32,000 nucleotides of DNA from Microcystis aeruginosa NIES-843 (GCF_000010625.1 NC_010296.1:2640001-2672000); one strand, 5' to 3'. Shown: positions 1-8,279, counted from the first letter of the stretch. Notes: a model not told the origin generated them from the sequence alone. Made by a program: numbers and translations.

Positions 1-1
1 T

Positions 2-313
2 CAAGGAGACGATATCCAGCAAGAGGGTGGATACAGTTGTTCTTGGGCAAGAAAAAATCCTGTTACTGCTAAAGAAGGATTATCATTTCTTGCTAATATT
101 AAAGGGCAATGCAGCGAATGTCAACGAGAGGAACGGAAACAAGCGTTTAGAAAAGCTGAACGCTTTGTTACAAATGCTAGTGAGCAAGGTGGTGTCACTC
201 CAGAGGCACAACCGCACTCATTTCAGGATTCTAAACGTAAAACTAAAAACGCCCGTGTAGATATTGAAATTCGCAGTGGTCTTACCTTTATCCCTTCGCC
301 CCAAACAGAATGA
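2..313 (+). CDS. 3' end (103 codons) of an unidentified protein-coding gene entering from the left edge
   Basis: Frame 2 is open from the window edge to TGA at 311-313 (...GGYSCSWARKNPVTAKEGLSFLANIKGQCSECQREERKQAF...VDIEIRSGLTFIPSPQTE*). Its stop overlaps the ATG of the next ORF (gaATGAca, 310-313), a typical translational-coupling junction. I prefer it to the listed frame-3 ORF 27-260, which is low-complexity. No family recognised. Confidence 0.5.
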   Translation, partial: QGDDIQQEGGYSCSWARKNPVTAKEGLSFLANIKGQCSECQREERKQAFRKAERFVTNASEQGGVTPEAQPHSFQDSKRKTKNARVDIEIRSGLTFIPSPQTE

Positions 314-1110
314 CAACGATGCTTAGAAGAGTACAACAATTTTTAGACTCTGGCGATAGTGATAACGCTAGAGAAGAAATTGATAGAGCTTTCGGCAATC
401 TGAGAAGGGTGGATAGTCATGTTAGAGAGTTTGCAGATCTGTTGGCACTGGGATCGATCAAAGCTTCAGAAATCGGCTTAGGGGTATTGGGACGTAAGCT
501 TCTACAGAATGACAGCGAGATTAACAATGAGGTTGTTTGGTTATTTATTGCGTCAATTTTATCTCGCAATAGTATTCCCCCTGATAGTCCATCTAGAATC
601 AGCCTACTTGTTCTTACCGCTTCTGTCAATAGTTGGGAATTACCAATTTTTGCGCTTCTTGCCCCTGCCCTCGACGCTTTTTTTAAAGTTAGTCTTGCGG
701 ACGGAACCCCTTTAATTGCCGAACAAACTTTTGATTTTTTGGCCACTTGGGGAAGAATTTATGCGAAAGCACCTCATGTCAAAACGCAGCTTCAAGAACT
801 TCAATCTCTTAGTAATAATCTATTAGAGCAAGTAGATGACTCAGAGTTAAAAGCTGAATGGTCAGAGGGAATTAATATATTTTTTGAAGAAGCCAGGACA
901 ACCAAATATTCAGATAGTAATGTTTTTTCTGCTGGTGAAGAATTAATTAAAAAAATTTATAATACTCAAAGTTTACAGCGCAATACAGAAGATAAGAATT
1001 TGGCAGAGACAAAAGACAAGTTACTCCGATTAGTCACTTCGTCTCTTGCCACTATTGGAACAGTTCTTGATAGTGATGGAGTCATACTAAATCCGGTTAT
1101 TAAAAACTGA
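310..1110 (+). CDS. hypothetical, apparently all-helical protein (266 aa); its last ~10 codons and stop are supplied by a MITE
   Basis: Long ORF whose ATG overlaps the upstream stop (ATGA). No motif recognised. The C-terminal residues GVILNPVIKN* are encoded by the repeat at 1081-1183, which recurs at 4418-4521. Confidence 0.55.
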   Translation: MTTMLRRVQQFLDSGDSDNAREEIDRAFGNLRRVDSHVREFADLLALGSIKASEIGLGVLGRKLLQNDSEINNEVVWLFIASILSRNSIPPDSPSRISLLVLTASVNSWELPIFALLAPALDAFFKVSLADGTPLIAEQTFDFLATWGRIYAKAPHVKTQLQELQSLSNNLLEQVDDSELKAEWSEGINIFFEEARTTKYSDSNVFSAGEELIKKIYNTQSLQRNTEDKNLAETKDKLLRLVTSSLATIGTVLDSDGVILNPVIKN

Positions 1111-1183
1111 TTATTTATTTCCCCTTTTGTCTCTTGCCTTTTGCCTGTTCTGATATGTAGCGCATACTCAACGGATTTAGTAT
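1081..1183. mobile_element. ~100-bp MITE, copy 1 (terminal inverted repeats ATACTAAATCCG / CGGATTTAGTAT)
   Basis: gtcatactaaatccGgttattaaaaactgattatttatttccccttttg...tactcaacggatttagtat is repeated almost verbatim at 4418-4521. A 30-bp internal fragment occurs inverted at about 22691-22720. Confidence 0.6.
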
Positions 1184-1188
1184 TAACC

Positions 1189-1845
1189 CTATATACTTTT
1201 GACTTTTTTATACTGTTCCGTCACGGCGGCATTTAATAGATCATCTTTAAAATCTCTGATTAATTTAATTACTAAATTATAAGTATTGATGTATTCTTCA
1301 TAATCGATAGTTAAATACTTGCCATGAGCAATTTTATTTCTTTGGGTGAGAAGTTGTTCATCAATAGCTTTCTGCCGCAGTTGATAATCACTATCATCAA
1401 TTCCTAGAATAGTACAGATATCAGTGAAAACTTCAAAATTGAGATTAGATTTGGTGTTAATAATATTTTCGTAGGGTATAGAAGCTCTATTTTCTAGGTT
1501 ATCAAGTAAATTTTTGATCATCTCTTTTTGTAACTTAAATTTATTGGTTTTTATTAACTCATTTATAGAACTTCTAGAACCAAGGGCAACGAAACAGTAA
1601 TCCAGTTCATGATAATTTAATTTTCTTAAGGAAACAAACTGCAAATAACATTCTGCTGCATATTTAATAAAACCTTCCCAATGGGCATAGAGAGTGGTTA
1701 TTCCGGCTCTAATTAATACATCTTGCTCAGTTCCTTTTTGTGGAGGAATTTTATTTTTTAAAATACTAAGTTCTTTAATTCGCCATGCCATATCTTCATC
1801 TAAGTTTTTCTGGAGAATTTCGATAGTTCTATTATCTTTACTCAT
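1189..1845 (-). CDS. HEPN-domain protein (RiboL-PSP / MAE_28990-type HEPN-like nuclease), 218 aa
   Basis: An R-x4-H HEPN motif, RNKIAHG, lies at residues 169-175 (nt ~1322-1341). YAHWEGF is present near the N-terminus. The start codon overlaps the stop of the upstream DUF262 gene (TAATG at 1845). The gene is very AT-rich. Confidence 0.75.
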   Translation of the reverse strand: MSKDNRTIEILQKNLDEDMAWRIKELSILKNKIPPQKGTEQDVLIRAGITTLYAHWEGFIKYAAECYLQFVSLRKLNYHELDYCFVALGSRSSINELIKTNKFKLQKEMIKNLLDNLENRASIPYENIINTKSNLNFEVFTDICTILGIDDSDYQLRQKAIDEQLLTQRNKIAHGKYLTIDYEEYINTYNLVIKLIRDFKDDLLNAAVTEQYKKVKSI

Positions 1846-2957
1846 TACTTTTTAAAATATTTTTTGCCAAATTCAATCATTTTGAGCATTCTAGTTCTAG
1901 CTCTCGATCCCGTACCGATGTTATAAATAAAGTCAGATTCTGACCACATTTCCTGAATTTTTGTTCTTAGCAGTTCAATATCTTGAGTAGAGTAATCATC
2001 AATATTTTCTCGTAATCCTGTGGTGATCGCTTCATAAGCAGAATCGAGAAATTTACCCTTAAATCTTGTTCCATCATATTTGGTAAAAGTATCTTCATTC
2101 GTCGCTTGATCAAGCAATAAAAACATTTTAGCGAATTTTTCTTGCTCTAACACACGATCAAAAGTCCTGGAATTGCATAATTCTATCAGATAGTCAGTCA
2201 AATATTCATTAACCTCTTTTTTGTTCAATGATTTTGGATCAAATGTGGGAGAAGACAGGGCAAAATATTTAAGAATTAGTTCCAAGTCGTAGCGTTCTTG
2301 TCTTAATCGCTCGGATAGGGAAATACAATTTTTAAAGTTCTCATTTTCTGCCAAGTCTTCTAACCACTTATATAGGTTTTTATCTAGCATAATCAAAAGA
2401 CAATTACGCACCTCTTGATAAGATAAAAAAGAGCCACCGGTATTTAAACGATCAAAAACTTCAAACTTAGCATTTTTATCCGATTCTTTTTGGATAATCT
2501 GAACCTGTATTTTCGCTCTTTTGAAGTCTATTTTTAGAGATGGGGGCAAATTATACTCTCCTTCCTCTGCACCTTCCCACATAACTCCGTTTAAGCTAGG
2601 TAATAAGTTAGTACCTTGAAGCACCAGTTTCGGTTTTTTCTTAGTTTCATCGTCCTCATCTCTTAAATCGCCAACAAATTCCAAAATTGTTGAAATCCTT
2701 TGTAATCCATCCACCAATTCCCAAACACTATCTTCTTCTCTCTGATAGACAAAAATAGAGGGAATAGGAATTCCTAATAGTATCGATTCTATGAATCGGC
2801 TTTTTTGGGCTATTGTCCAACGAAAATATCTTTGAAAATCTGGATTAATTGTCATTTCTTTGTTATTATAAAGACTAATAATCTCTCCGATTGACATAGG
2901 ATAGTTATCGGTACGAAATTCTTTAGTTTTTGCCTTAACTTCTTCTAATAAATTCAT
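1845..2957 (-). CDS. DUF262 (ParB-like, GmrSD N-terminal type) protein, 370 aa, lacking the DUF1524/His-Me nuclease half
   Basis: Hallmark DUF262 motifs are present: INPDFQRYFRW, SILLGIPIPSIFV, VDGLQRISTI (a DGQQR-type motif) and FEVFDRLNTGGSFLS. There is no C-terminal HNH-like region. The gene forms an operon with the HEPN gene downstream. Confidence 0.85.
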   Translation of the reverse strand: MNLLEEVKAKTKEFRTDNYPMSIGEIISLYNNKEMTINPDFQRYFRWTIAQKSRFIESILLGIPIPSIFVYQREEDSVWELVDGLQRISTILEFVGDLRDEDDETKKKPKLVLQGTNLLPSLNGVMWEGAEEGEYNLPPSLKIDFKRAKIQVQIIQKESDKNAKFEVFDRLNTGGSFLSYQEVRNCLLIMLDKNLYKWLEDLAENENFKNCISLSERLRQERYDLELILKYFALSSPTFDPKSLNKKEVNEYLTDYLIELCNSRTFDRVLEQEKFAKMFLLLDQATNEDTFTKYDGTRFKGKFLDSAYEAITTGLRENIDDYSTQDIELLRTKIQEMWSESDFIYNIGTGSRARTRMLKMIEFGKKYFKK

Positions 2958-3244
2958 CTTATAGCAGTTATCTTAATGGTGAAGTACAAAGTTTTCGTTT
3001 TGGGGAGCCGGTCGTCAGGATTCGATACCAAATTAGGTTACACTTCATCTTTAGAAACAAAGCTGTAATTTTTCTATACTCAGTATAATCTCTCTATTCT
3101 ACTTTTATACCATCAATGATGACTGAATGTGCCAATTTTAAAATGAAACGCGTCAACCTCAAGAGTTGACAGAAAAAGGCTCATCCCCGCAATTGGCACA
3201 AACATCAATTTTCAGGTGGCTAATCTGCAAAGACGCGATTTATC

Positions 3245-3602
3245 GAAAATTTGGGTTAAAACCCCGTCCTAAAAGGACGGCTTTAAGCTACAATGGAAAA
3301 AGCGATAACCAAGCTAAAAACTGAACCTTGACAACAGATAGTAGGGGGTTTTGTTCAGAAAAGAATTCAAATTCGGCCTTGAACGAGTAAAACTTTCTAG
3401 GAAATAAGGTTGAACATGAGATTTTTTCGACTTGTTCAAAGTGGCCGGAGGGCATCCGGACACTCAAAACGGACGTTGAGAAAGAGTCAGACTTAAGCAA
3501 TTAAGCGTTTTTCGGTGAAGCGTCAACCCCATTCAGCGACCACCCTAAAAAAGTGGCGTGGTGAGGAATCGCCGTCCGTTTTACGGCGGCGAGGATGTCA
3601 AG
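3245..3602 (+). mobile_element. ~360-bp internally deleted IS605-family (tnpB-only) derivative retaining both ends (PATE/MITE-like)
   Basis: The left part (cgaaaatttgggt..aaaccccgtc-N-gacggcttta...caATGGAAAAAGC) matches the left end and first four tnpB codons of the full element at 27749. The right end ggaatcgccgtccgttttacggcggcgaggatgtcaag (3565-3602) is identical to 29034-29071. Degenerate TnpB-tail-like coding (KVAGGHPDTQNGR.., SVKRQP) lies between. Confidence 0.55.
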
Positions 3603-4040
3603 TCCCGATATTGCGGTGATGTTAGCTTGGATTGAACAGGCAAAAATCCTCACCAGAGAGTTAAAATAAGCCCTATCTCCGATAATTTTGGCATAAATTA
3701 GCCAAAAGTAGTGCCATTCCATCCCCAAAGATCACCTTTCGTCTCGGCAAATTCTAGATAAATGCGATTTTTCGGTATTCCTAAATAAGCCTCAATTTCT
3801 TGACAAAAATCACTACTCATGCTTTTAGTTTGAGCGGCGGAAATAGAACCAACACTTTTAATCTCCACATAACACACCGGCTCAAAAGTACCAGCAAAAG
3901 TCATTTTTATACCCGATTCTAAAGCTGTCATCACATAGGATTCGGGTTTTCCCAGATGTTTAGCTAATTTAGCCGAAAGACTCTGCAAAAGTTGATTAAC
4001 CGTCTCATCATCGAGGGAGGTGACAGAAGTTTGAATTTTA

Positions 4041-4263
4041 ATTAGGGTTTGCTGAAAAAGCTTTTCCTGGGGGCAGGGTGTGGGGTGTGGGGTGTGGGGT
4101 GTGGGGTTTTACCAGTTTTGAGGTGGTCAACTACCTAATTTTCAGGGAAAAAGTACCTGAATTTTCCCCCGATCCCCGCAATGGCTGGCACTTTTTGAGG
4201 GGAAAAAAGTCCAAAAGTCTTATCCAACAAGGTTTTTAGATTTATTCAGCAGACCCTAATTAG
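4041..4263. mobile_element. ~220-bp MITE (TIR TAATTAGGGTTTGCTGAA / TTCAGCAGACCCTAATTA) with an internal heptamer array
   Basis: The 18-19-bp terminal inverted repeats are read directly. A related copy with the same ends and a different internal heptamer tract lies at 29103-29342. Confidence 0.7.
4069..4106 (+). repeat. (GGGGTGT)n heptamer tandem repeat, G-quadruplex-type tract
   Basis: gggggcagggtgtggggtgtggggtgtggggtgtgggg: at least four GGGG runs separated by TGT. Confidence 0.9.
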
Positions 4264-4417
4264 AGGCATAGAAAAAATCTCAGAAATATTTTTATATAAT
4301 ATAACAGTTTTGATAGCAATCACAGATATTCTTTTGCTTCAGAAGGCTTCAATCATCCAATCCTTGGGGAATTATGAATTATGAATTGGGGAGTGGGAAG
4401 TGGGAAAAAAACTGAAT

Positions 4418-4521
4418 GTCATACTAAATCCTGTTATTAAAAACTGATTATTTATTTCCCCTTTTGCCTCTTGCATGAGTGCCTCGTCTCATAACTAGCC
4501 TGTACTCAACGGATTTAGTAT
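4418..4521. mobile_element. ~100-bp MITE, copy 2 (same family as 1081-1183)
   Basis: gtcatactaaatccTgttattaaaaactgattatttatttccccttttgcctcttgc...tactcaacggatttagtat. Confidence 0.6.
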
Positions 4522-4569
4522 CAGCATTCATCCCATCGCTAAAAGCGAGGGAATTCTGCTGACACTAAG

Positions 4570-7500
4570 TTAAAAAGAATACACGGCTGTTTTGATATTT
4601 TGGTAGTTATCATCTAGATATGATTCTAGGAGAATAATCGCAGTAATTCTTCTAGTCATCTCGCTTACTTCCTGCACTTCTGCGATAGTTAATCCCCGTC
4701 CTAATAATTTTTCCTCGCGATAACTTAGCCATTTTTTAATAACTTGATAACCCCCGATGGTATATTCCCACACCCGGGATGGTATATTTTGCCAATAGGC
4801 TCGATCATTGAGATAAATATCATAGGTGGTCGTTCCTAATAATTTTCGCATTTCTGGGCTAATTACGCTCATTTCTGCGGTTGTATATTGTCTGGCGATC
4901 GCTTTTCCTTTACCCGGCATTGTCACACCATTTTTACCCCCATGTCCCCAACCGACGTTAATAATTAAATCCCCCTTATCTGGGTTTAAATTTCCCCCAT
5001 CAGTGCAGGAAATCAAGGCGATTTTTTGCAGTGCAGGGGTCGGTTTTTTGGTGACTCCTATAACGGGGTTTTCTGTGTCTAAAAGAGAGGCGATCGCTTG
5101 TCCTAGTTGGGCAGATTTAATTAATAATTCTTGGCTATTGGGAAGGGGAATTCTTGGGAAGTCTTGACGAATACCGTCGGCATTTTCCCGAAGATACAAG
5201 GGAGAGTACCCAATCGCTAACGAGTGCAGCCAAATTAAGGAGGCATTCTCGATATTTTCATCAATATTATTAATACCCAGTTGATTTAAGTATTGACGAG
5301 ATTTTTCCGAAAGATTGGCTTTTATTGAAGGACTATTAAAGTTACTGGAATCGAATAATTTTCCTTGAGTATTATCTTCTGTATTCACCTTCTCTGAATT
5401 TTGACGTAATCGTATAGGAAAGTGATAAGCATGACCTCTAATAAAGTCAAAGTCTCCTAAACAGTTAGTAAAATAAAATGGTATTCCTTCGGGAGAGGCA
5501 ACACCAGCAGGACGACTGACTAAAAAGGAATTACCTTGAAATTGATGAATAAATAGCGAAGGTCTAGACTCATTCCAAAGCGGTCTAATTTGAGTATAAT
5601 AACACCACTTAACCTCATAGGGTCTGAGCAGATAAGGTAACAGCATTTGAGGATTAAATTTTTTGCGTAACTTTAAGACTTTATCTCTGGCTTTTTTGGC
5701 ATCAAATCGAGCTGCATTTTTAGTTAAACCTGTATTAAGTGATGCTAATTCTTCCCATGAAACATTTTGATCAAAGTATTTACTTATCCTTTCCGAAAGA
5801 ATAGTTTTATCACTATCAATAAAACTATAGCCTCGATTCTCTTTATAACCTGTAATTGGAGCTTCATCAGATAAATCTGTTAACTTTGGCCATGCTAAAT
5901 AGTGAGAGGAAACATCGGAGGGACGGAAAGAATAACGATTAGATTGTTCTGGGTTAGAGACTTGATACAAAGCATCAAAATCTTGATTATTTAAACTATC
6001 TAATAACTGTTCTCGTTTAGCAACTCCCCAGAAATGGCGAAAATAGACATCAACATTTTTATTCCTTACTTCCTTTCTTACCATTAGTCCGATAGTTGTC
6101 CCGACTCGAATCCCTTCCTTATTGTATTGAGTAGAAAAAACACTAGGATCTGGATTACCTTCAGGGGTTAACTTTCCCGTTTCGCGACTATCCCCATTGA
6201 GACAATCAAACCAAAGGCGATCAAATTCTTGTAAAAATCTTTGCCGCATCACCACAAAAGAAGGATCACCGAGATAGGAAAAATTAGAAATATAACAAAC
6301 AACTCCTTTACCGGTATTTTCTGAAATACATCTTTCTGCTAAACGAAAAAAGCGCACATATAACTCATCCAAATTAAACTTTTTAATCCCCCAATCGGAG
6401 ATTAAACCCTGTTTATACACTTCCACTAAACCTGCTTCTTCCGCGGGACTGGTTCCAGCAAAAGCATTGTAGGGAGGATTACCGAGAATAACTAAAATCG
6501 GTTTACCGCGCTTAACTTCATCGGCTGCCTCTCGTTCCTTATTTAACTCTGGAAAACTTAATTGTAGCTGTTGAATTTTCTGTTTACTTTCCTCATCGGG
6601 AGGTTGCCAACCAGTTAAAGCATTAGTCAGATAAATCCCCACCCGTTCACTATCTTCTATTAAAGGTACACCCAAACTTTGCAGGAATAAACCTAATTGT
6701 AGATGAGCGACGACAAAAGGAGCGGTTAAAATCTCGAAACCGAAAATTCTTTCTATGGCTGCTTTTTTCACCAAAGCCATGGCTAAAGCACCCGCCCCAT
6801 TTTCCTGTAAAGTATCGGTAATATAGCGCAAAACCTCGACTAAATAAGCACCGGTGCCACAGCAAGGATCGAGAATATAAACATCGGGATTAGCTAAACC
6901 GTCCTCAATATTTAATTCTTCTCGTAAAACTCGATCGACTCGCGCTACCATATAGCGAACAATTTCCGGAGGAGTGTACCAAACTCCCAATTCTTTGCGT
7001 AAATCAGGATCAAAAGCTTGCAAAAATGGTTCATAGAAATACTGTACCGCTTGTCCCTCATCGAATTGACGAAAAAATTCCTCTCGTCGCACTCGATTTA
7101 AAGCTGCACCGGTCCAATTCAAAACTTCTACTAATCCCAAAGACTTTAACTTACTCGGTGCGGCGATCTGCTCGAATAGGATCGCTAACATGGGAACATG
7201 GAGATGGTGGGCTGCGGATTTCCAATCGAACTTATCCTCTTTATCCTCGCGATTGAGGTTTTGCTTGTGCCATAATACCCAAGCAGAAAATAAACCATAA
7301 AAGAGGGTTTGCACGAGGGTAGAACGGAAAAATTTATTTCCCTGTTCCCGTTCAAATTTGATACCGAGGGCATTTTCTAAAGCTTGACGGATATTGGCCA
7401 GAGCGGGAAGATCGGAATGATGTTCTAAGCGTGCTTTTGCGTCGCGCGCATAGGAAGCAAGAAACCAAGCAACATCGGCTGGTGAGGTGATAGGAGCCGC

Positions 7501-8034
7501 CTGTAAAAGCACTCTCTTTAGGTATTCTAAGAGGCTATCACCGTGTTCGGCGGCAAATTTGGATGGATTTGAGGTTTTTAGCCAAAACTCGGCTTCTGAC
7601 GGGGCTAAACTATAGGCTTCTAATTCCACCGGTTGACCTTGGCTATTGCGACCAATGAGCAGAAAATCGCGATAATTGGTGACTAATACTTGACCGTATT
7701 TTTGCCAGTATTTTTGTACTTGCTCGCTGGCGGCGATTTTTTTGATATCTTCTTTGGTTCCCTTAATCTCGATCGCACCTCTTTCGGGAAAAATCGCCGT
7801 AAAAGGTTCTAATTCTTGATTTTTTTGGAATTGATCGACGTTAAAAAGTCCCCCGTCCGGCAATCCCGCACCCTGATTTCTGAGGTTGATAATGCAGCGC
7901 ACTCGCGGTTTTAGGGTTTTACCGATTTCGTTAAGGAGAGTTTCGAGAGTGCCGTAGTAGGAGGTTTCTTTTACGGCTGCTTGGGAGGAGTGGATTTCGT
8001 GCAGGTTGCGAAAATAATTGACGAGGGGATTCAT
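4570..8034 (-). CDS. single-chain restriction-modification enzyme (type IIG / type ISP-like): N-terminal PD-(D/E)xK-like region, gamma-class N6-adenine methyltransferase, and ISP-type C-terminal specificity domain; 1154 aa
   Basis: Motif I DPCCGTGAYL (nt 6841-6870). Motif IV NPPY (nt 6469-6480). C-terminal VWEYTIGGYQVIKKWLSYRE tail typical of type ISP specificity domains. N-terminal LPD60GG...E89-I-K91 (nt 7753-7863). No helicase domain. Confidence 0.8.
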   Translation of the reverse strand: MNPLVNYFRNLHEIHSSQAAVKETSYYGTLETLLNEIGKTLKPRVRCIINLRNQGAGLPDGGLFNVDQFQKNQELEPFTAIFPERGAIEIKGTKEDIKKIAASEQVQKYWQKYGQVLVTNYRDFLLIGRNSQGQPVELEAYSLAPSEAEFWLKTSNPSKFAAEHGDSLLEYLKRVLLQAAPITSPADVAWFLASYARDAKARLEHHSDLPALANIRQALENALGIKFEREQGNKFFRSTLVQTLFYGLFSAWVLWHKQNLNREDKEDKFDWKSAAHHLHVPMLAILFEQIAAPSKLKSLGLVEVLNWTGAALNRVRREEFFRQFDEGQAVQYFYEPFLQAFDPDLRKELGVWYTPPEIVRYMVARVDRVLREELNIEDGLANPDVYILDPCCGTGAYLVEVLRYITDTLQENGAGALAMALVKKAAIERIFGFEILTAPFVVAHLQLGLFLQSLGVPLIEDSERVGIYLTNALTGWQPPDEESKQKIQQLQLSFPELNKEREAADEVKRGKPILVILGNPPYNAFAGTSPAEEAGLVEVYKQGLISDWGIKKFNLDELYVRFFRLAERCISENTGKGVVCYISNFSYLGDPSFVVMRQRFLQEFDRLWFDCLNGDSRETGKLTPEGNPDPSVFSTQYNKEGIRVGTTIGLMVRKEVRNKNVDVYFRHFWGVAKREQLLDSLNNQDFDALYQVSNPEQSNRYSFRPSDVSSHYLAWPKLTDLSDEAPITGYKENRGYSFIDSDKTILSERISKYFDQNVSWEELASLNTGLTKNAARFDAKKARDKVLKLRKKFNPQMLLPYLLRPYEVKWCYYTQIRPLWNESRPSLFIHQFQGNSFLVSRPAGVASPEGIPFYFTNCLGDFDFIRGHAYHFPIRLRQNSEKVNTEDNTQGKLFDSSNFNSPSIKANLSEKSRQYLNQLGINNIDENIENASLIWLHSLAIGYSPLYLRENADGIRQDFPRIPLPNSQELLIKSAQLGQAIASLLDTENPVIGVTKKPTPALQKIALISCTDGGNLNPDKGDLIINVGWGHGGKNGVTMPGKGKAIARQYTTAEMSVISPEMRKLLGTTTYDIYLNDRAYWQNIPSRVWEYTIGGYQVIKKWLSYREEKLLGRGLTIAEVQEVSEMTRRITAIILLESYLDDNYQNIKTAVYSF

Positions 8035-8124
8035 AAAAACTGTGGTCTAGATAATTAAGGTTAATCTTATAAAATTTTGTTACAAGATTGAACATTTCTG
8101 CTTTGAACGGTTACAATTCCCATT

Positions 8125-8241
8125 GTAGGTAGCCGGTTATATTTAAATTAAAAATCGATTTTAGGTTCGATCCCCCCTGCCCCCCTTATTAAGGGGGGTG
8201 CTGATAGGCGGGGGCTCTGATAATTTTTAACGCCTACCTAC
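8125..8241. repeat. MITE-like unit in the divergent intergenic region (imperfect TIR GTAGGTAGCCGGTTA / TAACGCCTACCTAC) with a G/C-rich central palindrome
   Basis: The inverted ends are read directly. The centre is ccccccttattaagggggg. A second copy at ~12599-12715 lies inside the duplicated block and differs mainly in the central palindrome. Confidence 0.35.
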
Positions 8242-8279
8242 TTAATTATTGATCTCTCTTGTTTTGGAGGAAATTAAAG

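Larger units (their letters stand above)
3698..4269 (-). pseudogene. MIF / phenylpyruvate-tautomerase family gene interrupted by a MITE after codon 2-4
   Basis: ATG CCT (4269-4264) is followed by the MITE. Beyond the MITE the same frame resumes CTA ATT AAA ATT CAA ACT (4045 downwards). The reconstruction is MPLIKIQTSVTSLDDETVNQLLQSLSAKLAKHLGKPESYVM...LWGWNGTTFG, about 117 aa, a typical MIF-family sequence with Pro-1. Confidence 0.8.

Noticed and set aside
27-260. Listed 77-aa ORF in frame 3 at the left edge
   Set aside because: The sequence is low-complexity. It is fully overlapped by a frame-2 reading frame that is open to the window edge and ends in an ATGA coupling junction with the next gene, so frame 2 is the better coding candidate.
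417-746. Antisense or overlapping ORFs inside the 266-aa gene (417-746 minus, 509-715 plus)
   Set aside because: They are embedded in a longer ORF, have no RBS or motif, and their composition is typical of shadow frames.
3288-3728. Listed minus-strand ORFs 3288-3500 and 3501-3728
   Set aside because: They run antisense across the mini IS605 derivative and its RE hairpin. They have no RBS and no recognisable family.
4826-7373. ORFs 4826-5167(+), 6650-6865(-), 7026-7256(+) and 7185-7373(-) within the RM gene
   Set aside because: They are shadow frames of a 1154-aa gene with clear motifs, and their sequences are Arg/Ser/Pro-rich nonsense.
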